Part shown: positions 15,960 through 20,000 of the stretch, in pieces | Numbering within the stretch: the stretch's first letter is position 1 | How the letters are laid out: each line of letters opens with the position of its first letter | IMG/VR virus record: IMGVR_UViG_3300025691_000004 | DNA: 20,000 bases | Reading direction: 5' to 3' (one strand) | Source: an uncultured virus (IMG/VR IMGVR_UViG_3300025691_000004) | Taxonomy: Duplodnaviria; Heunggongvirae; Uroviricota; Caudoviricetes | The notes under the pieces: model-generated | Database searches by the model: none | Told to the model about the DNA's origin: nothing | Seen by the model: only the letters and a program-made list of their open reading frames with translations | Position numbers and translations under genes: made by a program

Positions 15960-16608
15960 CGTCGAACGATAGCCCTCTTTCCCTGCACCATGGCTTCAAC
16001 GCGCGCACTTCAAAGGTGCCGCCATCTTCACGTTCAAGTAGCCACACCTTTGCGCGAGGGTTGCTAGAACCAGCAACACCTGCTGAGATCTTCTGTCGAG
16101 CCTCTGCGCTCATTACCTTCTTCTGTTGAGCTTCACGCTGGCGCTTGCGCCACTGCTCATCACGTGGTGGCTGCTTTCGGCCAAGGTTCATCGTGCGCAG
16201 TCTCTCTGCGGTTTCTGCTGACACTGGTACGCCAGTCTTTGCTTCACTGATCTTCCGGCGCGTCGATGCGCGCAGCTTTCTCTTGTTGGCAGCAGATGAC
16301 GCTTCCTTCACCAGTTGAAAGATACGTGAAGACACGTGAAGCATCCCCTTCTTCCGCAGTCTGCCCTCCATGTACATCAGCGCGCACTGCATGCTGCGCA
16401 GCTTACTACCACATGTCATCTTGACAAGCAGGAGGTGCGCGATGAAGTGTTCACGGGCTGTCAACCTGACAATGTTGGACCTCTCATTTGTTCCACCTAG
16501 AGAACGCGGAATGATATGATGTCGTTCTAGGTAGCCATCTCGCTGAAGCAGTTGGCGTGATTGAACAAGTGACCAGTACCAGCGTGTGTACTTGTTGTCC
16601 AGAAACAT
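15895..16608 (-). mobile_element. Free-standing HNH homing endonuclease with NUMOD3-like DNA-binding repeats (237 aa)
   Basis: Start MFLDNKYTRWY, HNH core YLERHHIIPRSLGGTNERSNIVRLTAREHFIAHLLL, and NUMOD3-like repeats (STRRKISEAKTG, SAETAERLR, SAEARQKISAG). It is opposite in orientation to its neighbours and has atypical codon usage. GGAAGG RBS lies 6 nt before ATG 16608. Confidence 0.88.
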
Positions 16609-16620
16609 GAGGAGCCTTCC

Positions 16621-17253
16621 ATGAAAAAGCCTATTTACAGCCGAGCACATCCTGGGTCCCTGATCCTCTGCCTCGACACCGAGACCACAGGTTCCGACCG
16701 CAACCTCGACCACGCCGAGATCTTCAAGAAGTTCCAGGCGATCTCGTTCGGCGCCATCGTCGCTACCTCGGACACCTTCGAGGAGGTCGCCAAGATCGAG
16801 TTCAAGGTGAAGTACGACCCGAAGTACACGTGGTCGGAAGAGGCCGAGAAGATCCACGGCATCACGCGTGAGCAGCTGGAGCAGGAGGGCCTTGAGCCCG
16901 AGGAAGCAGCGGTTGAGCTCGCCGAGTTTCTGCTGAACCACTTCGGCACCGGCAAGATCATGTTCCTCGGCCACAACCCGTGGTTTGACATCCACGCCAT
17001 GGCGCAGCTGCTCGAGCCGTTCGAGGTGATGCCTGAGCTGCACCACGTCGTGCTCGACACGTCAGCCCTCGGCTGGATGGTCGCCAGCAAGTACAAGTCG
17101 GACGACCTCTTCGAGCTCTTCCTCGGTGGCCGCAGCGAGAAGCACGGCGCCCTCAACGACGCCGAGATGACGCTCGCCGTGGCTCGCTCGGTCCGACAGA
17201 TCATGAACGAAGGCTGGCTCGCCGTGACCGGCGAGGTCCCACAGCTCGTGTAA
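16621..17253 (+). CDS. DEDDh 3'-5' exonuclease (DnaQ/RNase T/oligoribonuclease superfamily)
   Basis: ExoI LDTETTG, ExoII GHNPWFD, LDT, ExoIII HGALNDA. GAGGAG RBS at 16609-16614. Confidence 0.9.
   Translation: MKKPIYSRAHPGSLILCLDTETTGSDRNLDHAEIFKKFQAISFGAIVATSDTFEEVAKIEFKVKYDPKYTWSEEAEKIHGITREQLEQEGLEPEEAAVELAEFLLNHFGTGKIMFLGHNPWFDIHAMAQLLEPFEVMPELHHVVLDTSALGWMVASKYKSDDLFELFLGGRSEKHGALNDAEMTLAVARSVRQIMNEGWLAVTGEVPQLV
16632..16638 (-). promoter_or_regulatory. Putative late promoter GTAAATA for the HNH gene, embedded in the exonuclease 5' end
   Basis: TATTTAC at 16632-16638, 24 nt upstream of HNH ATG 16608. Same heptamer as at 12543 and 14700. Confidence 0.5.
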
Positions 17254-17299
17254 CGCGTTACATCTTCCTGGTGTACAACCGCCAGGAATGGTGTAAAAT
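17249..17299 (+). promoter_or_regulatory. Putative promoter with palindrome: TGTAACGCGTTACA-N8-GTGTAC-N17-TAAAAT
   Basis: Perfect 14-bp palindrome 17249-17262, GTGTAC 17271-17276, TAAAAT 17294-17299. Confidence 0.7.
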
Positions 17300-17305
17300 A
17301 GCTTC

Positions 17306-17869
17306 ATGACCTACGTTGACGCGGCTGTGCAGGGCATGGCCCTAGCCGATGCTGTCAAGACAGTTGCTGACCTGCCGGCCTCTGCTGTGACCGGCGAGGT
17401 GCGCTTCGTCGTCGACAGCGGCTGCGGCTATCTCTACAACGGCACCGCGTGGGTGCAGTTCTCGTCCAGTCCAAAGCCTCCGATCTGGCACCTCTTCCTC
17501 GACGATGAGCGTTCGCCATACGATGCGCTCTTTGCAGATGGCAACACGCAGACGGCGCGCTCCTCGGAAGAGGCAAAGGAGATGGTAGAGAAGTGGGGTC
17601 TACCAGAAACGATGTCGCTGGACCACGACCTCGGCGGTGACGACACCGGCCACAAGTTCCTGTGGTGGCTGATCAACGGCCACATCGACGAGCTGTGGGA
17701 CCTCAACAGCGTGGAGCTGGTGCAGGTCCACTCGCGCAACCCGGTTGGTGCTGAGAACATCATGAAGCTCTGGAATGGGTTCGCTGTCGAGTACCAGATC
17801 CTAAACGAAAGCGGAAAGCCGCGCGCCTGCCGCGTGCAACCTGCTCGGAAGGTGGACAGTGACTGTTGA
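17306..17869 (+). CDS. Cyclic-phosphate-processing receiver-like (cREC) domain protein with a short N-terminal tail-fibre-like module
   Basis: LFLDDER...SLDHDLGGDDTG-x-x-F-x-x-WL...VHSRNPVGAENI is the motif series of the cyclic-phosphate processing receiver domain. The N-terminal TVADLPASAVTGEVRFVVDSG-x-x-YLYNGTAW resembles a tail-fibre repeat. Alternative start ATG 17336. Confidence 0.75.
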   Translation: MTYVDAAVQGMALADAVKTVADLPASAVTGEVRFVVDSGCGYLYNGTAWVQFSSSPKPPIWHLFLDDERSPYDALFADGNTQTARSSEEAKEMVEKWGLPETMSLDHDLGGDDTGHKFLWWLINGHIDELWDLNSVELVQVHSRNPVGAENIMKLWNGFAVEYQILNESGKPRACRVQPARKVDSDC

Positions 17870-18053
17870 GACTTTCGTTCACGGCGACATCGAGGTCAAG
17901 AAGACCGGCCGTTCCGCTGAAAAGCCAGCACCTGGTGGTAAGAAGATGGTGCTGGTCGAGATCACCCCCGCAAACGAGTATGACGGCACGTGGAAGAAGT
18001 GGGTCAATCCCAGCGTTCTCTTCCACATCGTCGATGCGCCCAAGGAGGAATGA
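17859..18053 (+). CDS. Hypothetical small beta-rich protein (64 aa)
   Basis: GTG start with GGAAGGTGGA upstream. The stop overlaps the next ATG. Confidence 0.7.
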   Translation: MTVETFVHGDIEVKKTGRSAEKPAPGGKKMVLVEITPANEYDGTWKKWVNPSVLFHIVDAPKEE

Positions 18054-18292
18054 TGCGCTACACCACCCTTTCGTCCGTTCAGCTGTTCCTGCTGGCTCTC
18101 CTGATGTCGCTTTCCACAGCGGTCCTGGTGTCCATAAATACGTGGTACCAGGAAACCCGGCTCCTGCCGGAGGTGCACGTGGACAAGGCTGGCGCCTGCA
18201 TCAAGGTCGTGAACTTCGAGAACGGTCACGCCTTCAACTGCAACGACGTTGACGTGCTTCTTCGGCGATACCGCAAGGTAACGTCTCAATGA
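18050..18292 (+). CDS. Small single-TM/signal-anchored protein with two Cys (80 aa)
   Basis: AAGGAGG RBS and ATGA overlap. Hydrophobic N-terminal segment followed by a soluble C-terminus with two Cys 13 residues apart. Confidence 0.7.
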   Translation: MMRYTTLSSVQLFLLALLMSLSTAVLVSINTWYQETRLLPEVHVDKAGACIKVVNFENGHAFNCNDVDVLLRRYRKVTSQ

Positions 18293-19443
18293 AGAAGTAC
18301 CAACGACTGATCTGCACCGTCTGCAAGCGAACCAAGGACGCCCCCGTCGACAACACGCGGGTGGTGCCTGACCGCTGCACCATCACGCTCAACTGCCAAG
18401 GTCGGCTTGTTCTGACCGAGTACCGCTCCAACGCGGAGATTGCCGTTGCACCCGAGGTCGGCATCACCGACTGGTACCCGCGCAACCGCACCGTGACGGC
18501 AACGGTCGCTGATACCGAACCGACGCTCGTCAACACCAGCACTGGAACCTACCAGCAGCTCGTGCTTGGCCTTGCTCTGGCCTCTCCTCCAACGGATGCC
18601 GCCACGGCCGCGCTCCAGCTGACGCTGCGCGACGACACGCCGAAGAACTACCGGCAGTACACGTACCGCTTCGACACCACCTTCCAGAACGTGGCTGGTG
18701 TCGAAGATGGACTGGAGAAGAAGACGCTCCGCTACACCGCCTACGGCGTCAACCCAGACCTGGTCGAGGTGTACGTCAACGGTGTAAAGAAGGAGCAGTT
18801 CACCGACTACCAGCTGTACGACGGCACGCCCTCGTCAACCGTTCCACCCAACATCATCTCGTTCAACGTACCGCAGACCGTAAGCGGCACGGCGCAGGTG
18901 GACGTCATCGTGTCGAAGGCAGCGGTGCTCAACACCACCACGCTCACCTTCTTCCGCAACACCGACAACGAGGCGCGCCGCGACAAGGGTGCATGGGAGA
19001 ACGTGTCGTACCTCGACCGCCTGGTGGGTGGAGTATGGAAGCGCTTCTACCTCTTCACGTACGATGTGTCCACCAGCGTTGACCTGACGCTCAACACGAT
19101 CATGATCCCGAGCACGCCGATCCTGGTGACCGATGTGGTACCTGCGTCGGTGCAGCTGTCCGACAGTGAGCTGCTGCTTGCGCGCAAGCCGTACACCCAG
19201 CTTGACCGCTACCCCGACATCGCTGCCAAGCTCAGCGACTTCTCGATCGAGCGCGACTTCTTCAAGTACCACACCGTCTCGGGCGTTCCAACGCTTGAGC
19301 TGACGGACACCACGCTCACCACCTTCTACCCTCCAGCCCGCCTGACCAAGTTCCAGACAGAGCTGACCATCAAGACCGCCACCGCTGGGGTCGATGAGCA
19401 GGTCGTGAAGGACGGACAGGTGGTCGTAGGACCCGACGAATGA
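18289..19443 (+). CDS. Probable virion structural protein with N-terminal Cys4 motif (384 aa)
   Basis: CTVC...C-x5-C at the N-terminus, Thr/Val-rich beta composition, and the 'VEVYVNGVKK...DY...ISF' motif common in phage baseplate/tail proteins. A possible late promoter ATAAATA lies at 18134-18140. Confidence 0.65.
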   Translation: MKKYQRLICTVCKRTKDAPVDNTRVVPDRCTITLNCQGRLVLTEYRSNAEIAVAPEVGITDWYPRNRTVTATVADTEPTLVNTSTGTYQQLVLGLALASPPTDAATAALQLTLRDDTPKNYRQYTYRFDTTFQNVAGVEDGLEKKTLRYTAYGVNPDLVEVYVNGVKKEQFTDYQLYDGTPSSTVPPNIISFNVPQTVSGTAQVDVIVSKAAVLNTTTLTFFRNTDNEARRDKGAWENVSYLDRLVGGVWKRFYLFTYDVSTSVDLTLNTIMIPSTPILVTDVVPASVQLSDSELLLARKPYTQLDRYPDIAAKLSDFSIERDFFKYHTVSGVPTLELTDTTLTTFYPPARLTKFQTELTIKTATAGVDEQVVKDGQVVVGPDE

Positions 19444-19904
19444 TCAGCGCACCAACTTCCTGCTTCTACCTCATGAAGGTGGAGGGCGAGGCGGTTCACT
19501 CAGTCGCCGCCGAGCTGTCACCTTCAACCGCTGCCGACATCGAGGTGGCCATCTTCACGTCAGCCGACTTCGAGAACGACATCGTGGCGGTCAACAGCCT
19601 CGCGACTGGCTTCAACCACGTGAAGTCGATCTCCCTGCTGGGCGACACTCTCCAGGTTGACGAGCGCTACAACCCGCTCTACGTTCCATCTCCCATCGAG
19701 AAGATCGACGAGATGCTGATACTTGACCCACGCGCCGACGGCGTTCGCTTCGTCGGCTTCAGCGGCAACCCCTTCACCCTCAAGGCAATGGAGGCCAAGG
19801 CCGGCGACGAGACGCTCATCTCCGCCAAGGTTGACTACCGCCCCTTCGACATGCCTGCCTACTCCGACATCGTCGCTGAGACGCAGGGCCAGGTGCTGAA
19901 CTGA
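19440..19904 (+). CDS. Hypothetical acidic protein (154 aa)
   Basis: ATGA overlap with the upstream gene and normal codon bias. Confidence 0.7.
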   Translation: MISAPTSCFYLMKVEGEAVHSVAAELSPSTAADIEVAIFTSADFENDIVAVNSLATGFNHVKSISLLGDTLQVDERYNPLYVPSPIEKIDEMLILDPRADGVRFVGFSGNPFTLKAMEAKAGDETLISAKVDYRPFDMPAYSDIVAETQGQVLN

Positions 19905-20000
19905 TGACCGACGTCCACTACAGCTACCTCGTCAACCTCAAGCTGGTCGCAGGTGGGCACCTGCGCCTCATGCAGGACACGTACCCTGGGGCGACCGACG
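19904..20000 (+). CDS. 5' fragment of a hypothetical protein (MTDVHYSYLVNLKLVAGG...), truncated by the window end
   Basis: TGATG overlap at 19902-19906. The frame stays open to the end of the window. Confidence 0.55.
   Translation, partial: MTDVHYSYLVNLKLVAGGHLRLMQDTYPGATD

Noticed and set aside
15750..16620. Group I intron housing the HNH gene
   Set aside because: Both flanking genes appear complete, the ORF is antisense to them, and I could not identify intron core elements. A free-standing endonuclease is the simpler reading.
16609..17046. N-terminal 146 aa of the 383-aa track ORF 15895..17046 as part of the HNH protein
   Set aside because: It is antisense to the exonuclease. The HNH family-like sequence begins at Met 16608, which has its own RBS and upstream motif.

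Overview
Densely coding, GC-rich fragment that looks like part of a large lytic (probably T4-superfamily-like or jumbo) phage of a Gram-negative host. This is inferred from gene content and promoter motifs; no capsid, terminase or polymerase marker gene is in the window. Probable virion genes sit at both ends (a 5'-truncated LENFA/PKD-domain protein and a 384-aa protein). Plus-strand cassettes of small hypothetical genes, a P-loop ATPase, a PagP-like beta-barrel and a secreted HEXXH protein follow a repeated sigma70-type promoter (GTGTAC/GTTTAC-N17/18-TA[ACG]AAT), often with an upstream TGTAAC...GTTACA inverted repeat. All three minus-strand units are preceded by GTAAATA, which resembles the T4 late promoter. 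They are (i) an operon encoding a small protein, a tandem double MoxR-like AAA+ ATPase and an HEXXH-metallopeptidase/vWA protein, (ii) a Lys-rich protein resembling an internal head protein, and (iii) an inverted HNH-NUMOD3 homing endonuclease that shares a 12-bp two-way RBS with a DEDDh exonuclease gene. A Thg1-like 3'-5' nucleotidyltransferase, a P-loop kinase-like protein, the DEDDh exonuclease and a cyclic-phosphate-processing receiver-like protein lie within about 4.8 kb, suggesting RNA end repair. No rRNA, tRNA or CRISPR array was seen.
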